Source of the DNA: Squalus acanthias
Taxonomy: Eukaryota
Direction of reading: 5' to 3'
Length of the DNA stretch: 64,000 bases
Assembly: GCA_030390025.1 (NCBI GenBank)
Contig: CM059432.1
Location: forward strand, 102,426,001-102,490,000
The notes beneath the pieces were generated by a model, which ran no database searches, was not told the DNA's origin, and saw only the letters and a program-made list of their open reading frames with translations. Position 1 is the first letter of the stretch; every line of letters begins with the position of its first letter. The position numbers were made by a program, and so were the translations under genes. This document shows, one piece after another, positions 12,424 through 24,204 of this stretch.

Positions 12424-15400
12424 CTAGGTCGCGCCCAGCCCGAGTACCTGTGCCCACTCACCTACGATGAATGGGGCAGACCCTGCGTAAAGATTAAGGT
12501 AGAGTGGACACCGGGGCTTCTAGTTCGGTGGTTCACTCACCAAATCTGACCACTTTTCCCTGGTCCAGCAGGGTCCCGTTTAAGTTAGTGGGTTTTACAG
12601 AGAACGAGCAGGCTGGGGCGGTATCGAAACCCTTGTCTATATGGTTAGGACCCCTTGTCACTAAGTGGGAATGTGCCCTTATGCAATGGGAACAGCCCGG
12701 CGCGGGGCCCTCGGGGCCGATTTCATGCTGGCCCACTACGTGATTGTGGACATGAAAAACCATTGTCTCTGGGGGGCAATTGATTCGGATAAGCCAGAAG
12801 AGATTTTAGTCATTCCCAAGGATGAAAAGGTGAAAGGTAGCGCCTGCACAATGAAACCGAAGGGAAGCTATGACTTAGAACAATTGGTCCGTAGCACCCC
12901 GGCAAAGTATCGAGCATACGTGCGAAATAATCTCGCTGTGTTCGCCATCTCCGACAGGACTGTGGTAGGGTAATGGGGGTAGAGGTGAAGGTACATGGGG
13001 ACCCAATGTTGCGACCTCAGAAACAATACAGTTTTCCCTGGGAGGCAGAGAAGGACTTGGAAACTGCATTGAACTCCCTCGTGGACCAAGGTGTACTGAG
13101 GCCGATAGCGACCCACGTAAATTCACCCCTTTGGCCAGTTAAGAAGCCCGATCAGTCATGGAGAGCCACGGTGGACTACCGGGTCCTCAATAAAAGTATT
13201 CCAGCCTGCGCGCCCACTATAGCAGCAGTACCAGATCTAATAGGGAATATCCCTGTGGAGGCAACGATGTTCACTGTATTGGACATAGCCAAGGGGTTCT
13301 GGTCTATCCCGGTAAGGTGGGAGGATCAGTATAAATTTGCCTTCACATTCAAGGGGCAACTGTATACGTGGACATGTCTCCCGCAAGGTTTTCATAACAG
13401 TCCCTCGATTTTCCATTAATGTATGGCCAATGCTTTAAAGAGTTTTAGCTAGCCCAGCAAGTTGATACAGTATGTGGACAACTTGTTATTATTCTGGGGA
13501 AGTGCAGAGGATCACGGGTCACTACTGGATGAGCTATTGAAGCTGTTAAAGGAGACAGGGTTTATGGTGAAACCCAAGAAAGCCCAAATTGGACAGGAGG
13601 AGGTGTAATTCCTAGGACTGACGATAAGGGCAGGGGAAAGGGCTATAGATGAGGCGAAAAGGAGGGCAGTACAGGAACTACCCGCTCCAAAGGATGTATC
13701 CAGGGTAAGGTCCTTTCTGGGAATAACGGGGTAATGCAGGGATTTCATTGAAGGCTATGCAGCCACGGCAGCCCCTTTGCTCAGACTGCTTAGGAAAGGA
13801 GTAGGATGGGAATGGGATGGGAGTTGCCAGGAGGCATTTACCCGCCTAAAGGAAAACTTACAAACTGCATCCGCACTAGGAGCGACAAATGGGAATGAGG
13901 ATTTTTAACTGGAGGTGGCAGCTACTGGGGATAGTTTGAATGCAGTGTTGCTCCAAGAGCGGCATGACAAGTTGAGGCCAGTGGCTTATGCCTCCCGAAT
14001 CCTGACAGACATAGAAAGGGATTACTCGAACTGTGAAAGACACCTTTTGGCGACCTATTGGGCCATTAAACACTTCCAGTTATTTACGGGGTCGTCCTTA
14101 GTAACCCTACTGACCTGTCACACCCCGACACAGATGTTATTGGACGGTATGATAAAAGATGGGACAGTGAGTAGCAGTCGTATTGCCCGCTGGACATTGC
14201 TGGACATTGCTGCTCTCCCAATATGAACCTGAGGGTGGAAAGATTGACAGAACCTAAGCTGGCCCTGAATATGATTTATCCGGGGACAGATCATGTATGC
14301 TCGGTAGAAGGGGTATGGGATGTAGATGTGGGATTCCGGGCCGGGGAACATCCGACAGGGAGAGATATCTATGTGGATGGGTCCAGCTCGGTAACAAATG
14401 GAGAGCGTAGGACAGGGTGTGGAATTTATGACCCAGGGGCTGGGATAGAAAATGCCATCAAACTCCCCAGCACACTGAGCGCACAACAGGCCGAGCTGGC
14501 GGCTGTAGCTTATGTGGTCACGCACCCCGAGAAATTCCCAACCCCCTACACCATATGCTCAGACTCGATGTTCACTTGCAATTCCTGCACCGAAAAACTG
14601 GCAATATGGGCTAGGCGAGGATTCAAGTCCACAGACGGGAAACCGTTGATAACGGCCCCGCTGCTGAAAACAATCCTGGGCATTGCGGGCAATAAAGGGG
14701 AGTATTATATTCAGAAGGTAAAAGCGCACTCAAAAGCGGAACCTAATTGGGAAGGTAACCAGAAGGCCGGTGAGTTGGCAAGAAAAGGGGCCAGGGAGGG
14801 AGTACTTTGGGACCCGTACCAATCTGGACAGATCGCAGCCATAAAGGATATGGAGGGCCCACAGAAGGTGAATTTGGCCCCAGATCAGACCCAGGTCCAA
14901 GCGCAAGATACGGTTCTGAAAGCAGTGATTAAGAAAAAGGGAGAAGGGGAGTCAATTGAGGGTCCTTTTGGAGCAGCAGATGTAGTGGTTAAAGAGGGGA
15001 TGCTGTTTAAAGGGGAAATGTGGATCGTGCCCACACAATACCGAGAGGAATTCATGCAGCTAGCTCACAGGGCTCCGGCAGCTGGACATCCAGGGTCGGA
15101 AACGACCTGGAAGAAAGTGGAGGAGGTGGCCTCATCTCAGGGAAGAGGTAAAGGTGTACTGCGATAACTGCCTAGTGTGCGCTGCGAATAATCCAGACCC
15201 CCAACGTAGAAAGGCTCCATTGGGACACACTAGGAGGGTAGAGGGACCATGACGATCTATACAAATAGACTTCATTGGGCCGCTGCCCACCACAAAAACA
15301 GGCAACAAGTATTGTCTGGTGTTGGTGGACGTTTTCTCCAAGTGGATGGAGGCCTTCCCTTGTAGAACAGCCACAGCATTAAACACTGCTAGGATCCTGG

Positions 15401-16300
15401 TAAGGGACGTGTTCTCCCGATGGGGATTGCCCCAGATAGTGGAATCGGATCAGGGGAGCCATTGCACGGGACAAGTTATGCAGACCACCCTGAAACTTTT
15501 AGGGTGGTCAGGGAAAATGGCATGTGACCCACAACCCCCAATCATCGGGTATAGTTGAAAGGATGAACCGGACCTTAAAGGAAAGGCTTAGGAAGGAGGT
15601 CGGGGAGTATCCAAAGAAATGATACGAGGTCCTGCCTCTAGTTCTTATGAGCATCAGGGCCAGCCTCTCCAAAAGCACAGGACACTCTCTGCATGAGCTG
15701 ATGACCGGTAGGGCGATGCGGACCCCGACTCATGTGTTGGTACCAGTTCTGACCGAAGCTCAAACTAGGGAGGTCAACCGGGATAGGTTTGTAGAAGATC
15801 TATATGAGACCCTGGGGAAAATGCATTGGGAAGCAGCGAATAACATGGGAAGCCAGCACCAGAAGAATAAAATGTTGTTAGAGCTACAGAAAATACAGGA
15901 ATGGAAGGTAGGGGACCAGGTCATGGTAAGAAATTATGCCCCGGTAGGGGCATTCGAACCACTGTACATGGGGCCGTACAGTATCGTGGACAAGGCAAGC
16001 CCTATGGTATATGCAGTACAGCTGCCAAAACGAACAAAATGGTTCCATATTAACCAGTGCAAACTCTATGACCCCAAGGAGAGGAGGATAAAACAAACCA
16101 AGACCCAGGGAACAATCATGAGTTTAAGCAGCGTAAGTCTTCCTCCCATTTTGTGGGATGATGAAGAAGACCCAGAGAGCGGGGTGGTAAGAAGGAGCAG
16201 TTGGACATCCCGACCTAGGGTGCCCTGGACGCCTCCTCGCATGCCAACCCCAAGCCGCAAGAAGTCCCAACCTGGAAGAAAGGAAAAGGGGACGTGGTAA
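12424..16300 (+). pseudogene. pol: ERV-A pol (PR-RT-tether-RNase H-IN), disrupted
   Basis: DTGAS; NSPLWPVKKPD, LDIAKGFWSIP, LPQGFHNSP, YVDN; YVDGSS..SAQQAEL..SDS..KVKAH; ESDQGSH; LYMGPY. Confidence 0.95.
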
Positions 16301-16425
16301 TTGCAGCATACAGTGTAAATTTGTACATAACTTAAGTCTGACCTGTGAAGGGAAGACCTCTCACTGAACGGTGCTATTTTCTTTTTTGGTTTTTTTGCGG
16401 AAGCGAGTCGAACCGAGGACGCAAG

Positions 16426-18285
16426 ATGAAATGCACTCTGTGGCTGAGCCTGTTGATAATCCTGTTTGGAGCAGGACAGATGGATTGAGGGGACATCGAG
16501 GTGTCTTTCAATTACGGGTGTATGGGAGGAGCCGGGCCCACCATAACACAGGGGGGTAGAACACGGGGCACTGACGGGATAGCTACATACTTCCATGAGG
16601 GAAAGTGGCCGGGTTGGTTGGGGTCAAATTCCACTAAGTATTCCAATCACACTGGTTACAAATTCGGTGAAGCATCAGTGCCCTGCCCAAAATTAAACAT
16701 CACAGCCAGCAAGGTACAGGTGAACGAGGGAAGGCGAGTGTGCCTAGAATGTCGGGGAAGCATCTCCGTGGGATGATGGTGGTGGTTACAGAAGACAGAC
16801 AAGGCTAAGGGTGATGAATCCTCGGATTGGGAAAGATTGGGGAACGACTCGTACAGATGGATTATGGGGACTAAGGGGGGAGCGAGATTGTGTTGGGACA
16901 AGTGGTGGAAGGAGGAGCAAGGGGTTTATATATGTGTGGGAGGGTCGGAACGTAAATGCCAGAAGTGGGTGTCCATCGTGTTTGAACGACAATGACAAGA
17001 CTTCGGGTCTGGAATGGACTGGACTCAGAGTTTCGACTCTTGTGCGGTCAAAGATTCTTCAAATACAGTCAATGCTACCGAATTAGTAGCGCACAAAATG
17101 AAACCCCTATCAATAGCCCCAAAGACCCGGGATAAAGAGGTTAAGTGCCCCATAATGACACCCGGACCTAGGAATGGGTTGGTGCTGATCCCAACAGGGA
17201 AGGTGTTGTACCATGACGTGCGCTATGAGGTAGCATCTGTCATCCTTAACTTAACAGAGGTATGGCTGCCCAGGTGGTGCCCAGCAGAAACGGAAAAGTT
17301 GTATGAGAAACTGTTAAAGGAAATGTTCCGACAATTCTATGAGCTGAATTATGGGGACGAAAGTCAGAAGGATTTATATAAACTAGCTGACAACAGTCAC
17401 ACCGGTTTGGGGAGACGGAAGAGGGGATTGATCAATGATGCGGCCACAGTGTTCAATACAGGGACGTCCCTGGTCAACAGTATAGATGATGCCCAGCTGC
17501 AAATGCATGTTATTATCTTACGGGATCAGCTAAAGAGAATGCTGGGGGAGGGTAATGAGATTGAGGGAGAGGAATTACGGGAAGACCAAGTAATGACCAT
17601 TCACCTAAAAGAAGTAATAACTGAGCTGGAAACTCACGCCCAGACCATAAACAATTTAATAAAGGAGGACCGGAATGCGTCGAACCGGGCCGCCCAAAAT
17701 GATGCGTGTGTTATGTACGGTGCTTGGTCATTAAACAAGGGGCGTAGTAATTTAGAGGATTTGGAGCAAGGTCGCGTACCATCATGGATTGACAACAGAC
17801 ACCTAAAAGCCATGAGCACTTATGACAATCTCATGAAACCGTGCCAGCTACGGTTGGCCTCCGAAGTATACCCAGTCTCAATCGACTGTGGTCCGTACAA
17901 CCAAGCTATGATGGGGATAGTTCTCAGGACGCCAGTGATGGGTCAGTCACAACGGCCAGTGCCGGTATACCGGGTGGAAAATATTGGTGTCATTCGAAAT
18001 GGGTTATATGTGCGGCATCATGGGGCCCCTCCGTATGTGGTTAAGTGGGAGAACTCCATGACTGGCACGGATCTGAAGGGGTGTCAGGGAAGGGGTGCAC
18101 ATGTGGTGTTGTGTCCACATCACCTGAACGTGTTTGACCGACCGGTATGTGGATTTGAATCTGAAAGCGCACAACCTATCAACTGTACTATGGAGTTGAT
18201 GACTCAAAGCCATGTCCCGCCCCAGGTTGCATATGAGGGAAACGGAACCTACTGTGTCACCACTAGAGCAAACCAGTATAGGGTA
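16426..18285 (+). pseudogene. env: ERV-A env, 5' segment (signal peptide, Ig-like domain, furin site, F-like ectodomain)
   Basis: MKCTLWLSLLIILFG after a pyrimidine tract; VCLEC..WWWLQK..EQGVYIC; RRKR|GLINDA; Cys pattern matches ERV-B Env. Confidence 0.9.
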
Positions 18286-19431
18286 ACACCCCTATTTAAG
18301 AAAGGAGGGAGACAGAAAGCAGGAAACTATAGACCAGTTAGCCTATCATCTGCCGTTGGGAAAATGCTGGAGTCCTTCATTAAGGAAGCAGTAGCAAGGC
18401 ATTTGGAAAATCACAATGCAGTCAAGCAGGGTCAGCATGGTTTTATGAAAGGGAAATCATGTTTAACAAATTTGCTGGAGTTCTTTGAGGATATAACGAG
18501 CAGGGTGAACAAAGGTGAGCCAGTGGATGCGGTGTATTTGGATTTCCAGAAGGCATTCGATAAGGTGCCACATAAAAGGTCACTGCATAATATAAGAGCT
18601 CACGGAGTTGGGGGTAATATATTAGCATGGGTAGAGAATTGGCTAACTAACAGAAAGCAGAGAGTCGGGATAATGGGTCATTTTCCGGTTGGCAAATGGT
18701 AACTAACGGGGTGCCACAGGGATCGATGCTGGGGCCTCAACTATTTACAATCTACATTAATGACTTGGATGAAGGGACCGAGTGTAATGTATCCAAGTTT
18801 GCGGATGATACAAAGGTGAGTGGGAAAGCAAGTTGTGCAGAGGACTCAAAGAATCTGCAAAGGGATATAGACAGGCTAAGTGAGTGGGCAAAAATTTGGC
18901 AGATGGAGTATAATGTGGGAAAGTGCAAGGTTATCCACTTTGGCAGGAAAAATAAAAAAGCAAATTTTTCTTTAAATGGAGAGAGATTACAAAATGCTAC
19001 AGTTCAGAGGGACCTGGGGGTCCTTGTGCACGAAACACAAAAAGTTAGCATGCAGGTACAGCAAGTAATCAAAAAGGCAAATGGAATGTTGGCCTTTATT
19101 GCAAGGGGGTTGGAGTATAAAAGTAGCGAAGTCCTGCTACAACTGTACAGGGTATTGGTGAGACCACACCTTGAGTACTGCGTACAGTTTTGGTCTCCTT
19201 ATTTAAGGAAGGATATACTTGCATTGGAGGCAGTTCAGAGACGATTCACTAGGTTAATTCCAGAGATGAGGGGGTTGACTTATGAAGAAAGGTTGAGCAG
19301 GTTGGGCCTATACTCATTGGAATTTAGAAGAATGAGAGGTGATCTTAATGAAACATATAAGATACTGAGGGGGCTCGACAAGGTAGATGCAGAGAGGATG
19401 TTTCCCCTCGTGGGGAAATCTAGAACTGGGG

Positions 19432-21141
19432 TGTAAGGGATTCCCCTGACCCTGCGTGTCTCGTAGCCTGTGAGATTCACGCGGCTCTGTGCAGCCTGTA
19501 TGTCAGTGCGGGTCTAGGCCTGGTTGCCTGTTCTGGTCTCCAGCCAGTCTGGGAACACTAGACACACCTGTGAGTGGTTCGAATCACTCTCCCTTACGGT
19601 TCTAGACACTGGACTTAGATGCGAGAGCAGTAATGGAGATAAAACTCATGTAGACTTGGTTTGAATGGTACGAAATGGAAAATCTTTATTGCATGATACT
19701 TAAAATTATGAAATACATGTCATAAGCACAGATTAATGACAGTACAATCTTACAAACGGTTATATAGTCGATCTTAGGGAAACGAGGAACGAACGGCACA
19801 ACGTAAATAGGGGCACACATTACAAATATCCTTAATCTTTAAACCCTCCCCTATCAATATCTATCCTAAACTAGCTTCGTAGGATCTCGAGACTCATGCT
19901 CACCACTCGTGATAACTCGGAGAAATTCCGAATAGCTGATCGGATGTTTTTCACCGCAGCACCCACGTGTCGGTCAGGAGATCTCCTGGTCCCACTTGTT
20001 TACTTGCTTCTGCTGCTCCGGCTAGTAGGCTGGACCGTCTGCTGTGGTGAAGACCTCTGTTGGTGGGTTTCACAGTTTAGTCTTGGAGCACCGTTGTCAA
20101 TATCATTGATACGATGTGTTTTCCACGTTCCAACCTCCTTAGAAGTTTAAAGAGGAAAACTTCCTGGCGAGAAAACTTGGCTGATCGACCTACAGGCGCG
20201 GTCGGGATTTACTGACCGTGGCGATGGATATGGTCTTCTTCTCTTCTCCTCTCATCTCATCTCATCTCGGGCCTTTGGTTCCGCTGCCAGTTACCAACAT
20301 AGGTCTTCGTTACGCGACACGAGGTAGATCCGTACGGATCAGAAAGTTCAACAGTCTTTTCAGAAGAGGCAACAGGCACGCAGAAACCCAACTACGAGTA
20401 CACAGGAGCAGCCACGAGGTTACGAATCGACCGGATAAAACACAGGAGCAAGCGAGCGAACGCAGGAGCACGAACAAGAGCACGAGGCCAGAGGCAAGAG
20501 ACAAGAGAGCGAATGGACGGTTCGGGGCCTGCAATTATAGTGCAAAAAAATCTTCCGTTTCCCGCCCAACTATAATGTCCATTCTTTTGTTTAGGGTTTG
20601 GCGCCCAAATGTCTTGTATGGGTGATCTCCGTTCTTAATGGGTTTCGGGCTACTCATGAATGTTTGAGTACCTGTTAATACTTCTCCCATTGTTAAATCG
20701 GTCGGTGTTCTCCCTGGAGGGGTTTGGGGCTTCCAAGTGTCCTGTATAACTACCTGCTAACGGCTCTCTCATCGTAGAGTCGTTGGGAGTTTACATATTA
20801 ATGTCCTTTGGATGGGCCCTTGATTACTCGGTACAATGGCTTTCCTTTGTACCTGGGAGACCGATTCCAGTATCTATGTTTATACTGTAAACCCATAATG
20901 TCTCGTGTATTATCTTCACTGTGCTGAATCGTTATCGATCTTGCACAAATGTTTAATGGAACGCCATCTTGTCTGCCTGTTGAAAAGTCTAGAATGTTCT
21001 GTCACGAGGTGCGGCGGCCATTTTACAGGCTGCTTGTGTCCAATTTAAACCTGCCAGCATTCTGCTGAAATAAAAGCTGTTTGAACGAAACTTTGTGTTT
21101 TCTCCTTATTAATCAAATCGCGATATATTGCGAATTCTACA
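19432..21141 (-). repeat. ERV-B 3' LTR
   Basis: Same sequence as 31738-33447 wherever compared; minus-strand AATAAA at 19685-19690, TATA-like ctataa near 20535-20540. Confidence 0.97.
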
Positions 21142-21153
21142 GTCCCTCCTGTT
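21142..21153 (-). promoter_or_regulatory. ERV-B polypurine tract
   Basis: Minus strand aacaggagggac immediately before the LTR TG. Confidence 0.75.
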
Positions 21154-21566
21154 GATGCGAATAACTCCGCTTATCGTATCAAAAATCACAGTGGCGAGCA
21201 ATCTTATCTCGATTTCACTCCGAATCCAGTAAATTAATCCCATAAATATTAACTTAACTAGGGTCTCTGTGTCGTCCTTATTTCCCAAGAAAATCACATT
21301 TTATATCACCGTAGGCATCATTTGCCCTTAAACTTACACCACTTGTTTTCCTTCCCGGCGTAACCAGGCCGATACCTCACGCATCACCTGTATATTTGTC
21401 TTTTATTCAGGGAAAGGAAAAAAAACAAAACCCAAAACCAAACAATCAACACCATCACCAAAATAAACAAATCCCAACTCTTAAACATGTCGAGTTTCCA
21501 ACGTATTTACAATGAGTACAAACTTCCGCGGCGCACGCGGCGAGCGGGAGTGACGCCATTTTCCGA

Positions 21567-23918
21567 TTACACGGTGCTCTCATCGTGCACGCGCACGTAA
21601 CGTTCTCGCCACTCTCCCGTGTTTTCATGCTTGGTGAGGCGCTTGTCTCTTTTACAATGTATGACCAATAGGTACACTACAATAAACACTTGACAGACGA
21701 CTAAAATGTGGGAGGCTATTCTGATCCATGAAGGCACTTCAATATTGGTGAACAGATTCCACCACGGTGGAACCACTATGTCCAGAATGTCTGTTCCTAT
21801 TTCGACAGTTTTCTGCTCTAATGTATAAAAATGTTTCTGTGATACCGCGACGGCTTTCAGAAGTTTGGTTAAATGCTCAGGGAGAGGGGGAATGAGGTAT
21901 CCAAAATGCGCGACAAATCGCTGCAAGTCGGTGAAATTCTCTTTTACTGTGAGGTGAACAGTGGATGGTTCAGGGATTGGGATAATTCGCTGTTGTGCTA
22001 CTTGAACTTCAGCCCTGGGTTTAAAACAGAAACTGCTGTCACTCACCGGACACCGGCTACGGTTTCCATGCTGGTAGTGTTGCGCTGCAGTGGTAACACA
22101 ATATGTTCCACCCCCGATGTATGCTACCTGCGGAGGCACATGATCTTGTGCCATTGCCTCCATGGTGCAATTCATGGACTTGGCGCCAGCCGTTCTGAAC
22201 CCGCACTGTGGTGTTAAAAAGGCATTCAAGTGCTGGGGGCACAGTATTATGTGTGCTCCCCTGCCACGACAACCAGAGAGATCTGTACCTGTCATCGTTT
22301 GCTCCCAGCGGATGACGTAAGGTGGAACCGCTGCATAACGAATGTGGGCTCCCCCCTGAATGACACCAATGTTCTCTACCCGATATACCGGGGCGGGCTT
22401 TGCTGTGTTGCTCAAAACCGGCATGCGTAATACTATTCCCATAATAGTATGGTTTGAACGTCCGCAGTCCACGGGGACTGGGTAAGCTTCTGAAGCTAGC
22501 CTGAGCTGGCACGGACTTAATGCGTTCTGAAAAGGGTGGAGCGCCCGTAGGTGTTTGTTACTTATCCAGGACGGAACCAAACCTTGTTTTAAATCCTCCA
22601 AATTACTGCGGCCCTCGCCCAGTAACCACGCCCCGTAAAGCACGCACACCTCGTTCTGCGCAGCTTGATCGGATGCATTCCGATCTTCCCTGATCAGGGC
22701 ATTTACCGTACGCGCATGTTTCTCCAGCTCTGCTATAATTTCCTTTAAATGGAGAGTCATGGCTTGGTCCTCGTGTAGACCTGACCCTACCACTTTATTC
22801 TCATCTGTCAGAATGTCTTTTAACTGTGTTTTTAAACCATTAATCTGGGTCTGCAGCTCCACACTGTCTAGAGCGTTGACCACAGATGTCCCCGTGTTAA
22901 AAGCAGTGAACGCATCGTTCACCAAACCCCTTCTTTGCCTCCCTACTTGATCCAAAACTTCCTGCGGTGCGGTGTACAAACTTGTCTTATCAATTTCTGC
23001 AAAATCAAACTCGTAAAATTGTCTGAACATCTTGGTCAACAGGACCTGATACAACTGTTCCGTCTTTTTGGGGCACCACTCTGGTAACCGTACCTCAGTG
23101 AGATTTAAAATCACCGAGGCCACCGCGTAATGTACCCCCTGAAATAGTATCTGGTCTGTGGGGACCAGTACCAAACCGTTCCCGGGTCCCTTACTAGCTT
23201 TAGGGCACCCTTCTTCCTCAGCTAGAACCACCGGAATCGTGGGCGGGGCTTTGCGTGGGCGCGTAATGAGTTCAGTGGCATTTACTGGGATCGGGGAGAA
23301 TGGGGCTCCGCACCCCCTGGTGCTCGCATCCCACCTCATCCCCTGTCCGTTATCCTGCCACTGATTAATAAAAAATATGGAGATGCCTTTGGGGCAAACG
23401 TACTTTGACCCCCACATACATACATAAATCCCCTCATCCGGTTCCCACCATTTGTCCCAACAGACTTTCACTTGTCCGTCTGTCCCCGTAATTGTCCGAT
23501 GGGTATTATTACCCAGTCGTTCCCACTCGACCGAAGAGTTTCTCATAGTTTTGCTCAGCTTTCGCAGCCACCACCATCGGCTCAATGGGACATCCCCACT
23601 ACAGGTCAAACAAATCCGTTTGCCGACGGTGACGCTGATCCTGGGTGCGATGATCCTTACTTTGGGGCACATTAAAGAAGTCTCTTTGTAGGCGAACCCC
23701 GATGTGCTGGAATACTCCGTTGAGTTCGTTCCCAGCCATCCTGGCCACCTTCCCTTGTGGAAATAGGTGCTGGTCCCCTCTGCCTTCCGTCTTCCGGTCC
23801 CATCCACCGCGATGGGGGCCGTGTCCCCGGAACATCCGAACACCACGACATCCTTGGTGTGGCCTCGATAGGCCAATCCACATCCGATTGCCACGAGCAA
23901 TACTAGAATTCGTTCCAT
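21567..23918 (-). CDS. env: ERV-B Env, intact 783 aa class I fusion glycoprotein (F-like) with N-terminal Ig-like domain
   Basis: ATG 23918 starts signal peptide MERILVLLVAIGCGLA, just after a splice-acceptor-like ctcattctatctgatcacag; RQRR|GLVNDAF; heptad repeat; Cys-rich region; TM IASHILVVCQVFIVVYLLVI; tail ending ESTV. Confidence 0.93.
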   Translation of the reverse strand: MERILVLLVAIGCGLAYRGHTKDVVVFGCSGDTAPIAVDGTGRRKAEGTSTYFHKGRWPGWLGTNSTEYSSTSGFAYKETSLMCPKVRIIAPRISVTVGKRICLTCSGDVPLSRWWWLRKLSKTMRNSSVEWERLGNNTHRTITGTDGQVKVCWDKWWEPDEGIYVCMWGSKYVCPKGISIFFINQWQDNGQGMRWDASTRGCGAPFSPIPVNATELITRPRKAPPTIPVVLAEEEGCPKASKGPGNGLVLVPTDQILFQGVHYAVASVILNLTEVRLPEWCPKKTEQLYQVLLTKMFRQFYEFDFAEIDKTSLYTAPQEVLDQVGRQRRGLVNDAFTAFNTGTSVVNALDSVELQTQINGLKTQLKDILTDENKVVGSGLHEDQAMTLHLKEIIAELEKHARTVNALIREDRNASDQAAQNEVCVLYGAWLLGEGRSNLEDLKQGLVPSWISNKHLRALHPFQNALSPCQLRLASEAYPVPVDCGRSNHTIMGIVLRMPVLSNTAKPAPVYRVENIGVIQGGAHIRYAAVPPYVIRWEQTMTGTDLSGCRGRGAHIILCPQHLNAFLTPQCGFRTAGAKSMNCTMEAMAQDHVPPQVAYIGGGTYCVTTAAQHYQHGNRSRCPVSDSSFCFKPRAEVQVAQQRIIPIPEPSTVHLTVKENFTDLQRFVAHFGYLIPPLPEHLTKLLKAVAVSQKHFYTLEQKTVEIGTDILDIVVPPWWNLFTNIEVPSWIRIASHILVVCQVFIVVYLLVIHCKRDKRLTKHENTGEWRERYVRVHDESTV

Positions 23919-24204
23919 CCTTCCTTGGTTCCTGTGATCAGATAGAATGAGGTAGCCAGCCTCGCAAAAGTCTCTGGCTTTTGTGAAGGGTGAGCGGGTC
24001 CCCTGACCTCGCCTCACGTAAACTTCAACGTTTGCTGAATAGACTTCCTCTAAACCTAGCCTTAAAACTCCCATCATTTTATCGTTTTCTGTTAAAAACA
24101 CTACAAACTTAGCCTTATTAAAACTACAAACTTAACCTTGAACTATAAACTTAAAACTTAAAACTAATAACTTTACAGTGCCGCCCGTTCTCAGGGCGGC
24201 CCCT

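Noticed and set aside
17014..18702. 562-aa ORF looking like an Env-RT fusion protein
   Set aside because: Chance in-frame junction of ERV-A env with an inserted CR1; the upstream env has stops and a frameshift, and env resumes at 33747
20599..20608. tggcgcccaa inside the ERV-B LTR as a second (Lys) PBS
   Set aside because: Only 10 nt, internal to U3 and in the wrong orientation
19896..20625. ORFs of 74-135 aa inside the ERV-B LTRs (repeated at 32202-32931) as accessory genes
   Set aside because: Two are antisense to the virus, the sense one starts at TTG beside the TATA box, and none has a recognisable domain; the duplication simply reflects the LTRs
23919..24101. 61-aa N-terminal extension of ERV-B Env in the ORF track
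   Set aside because: The signal peptide starts at ATG 23918 right after a splice-acceptor-like site, and ERV-A env starts at the equivalent position
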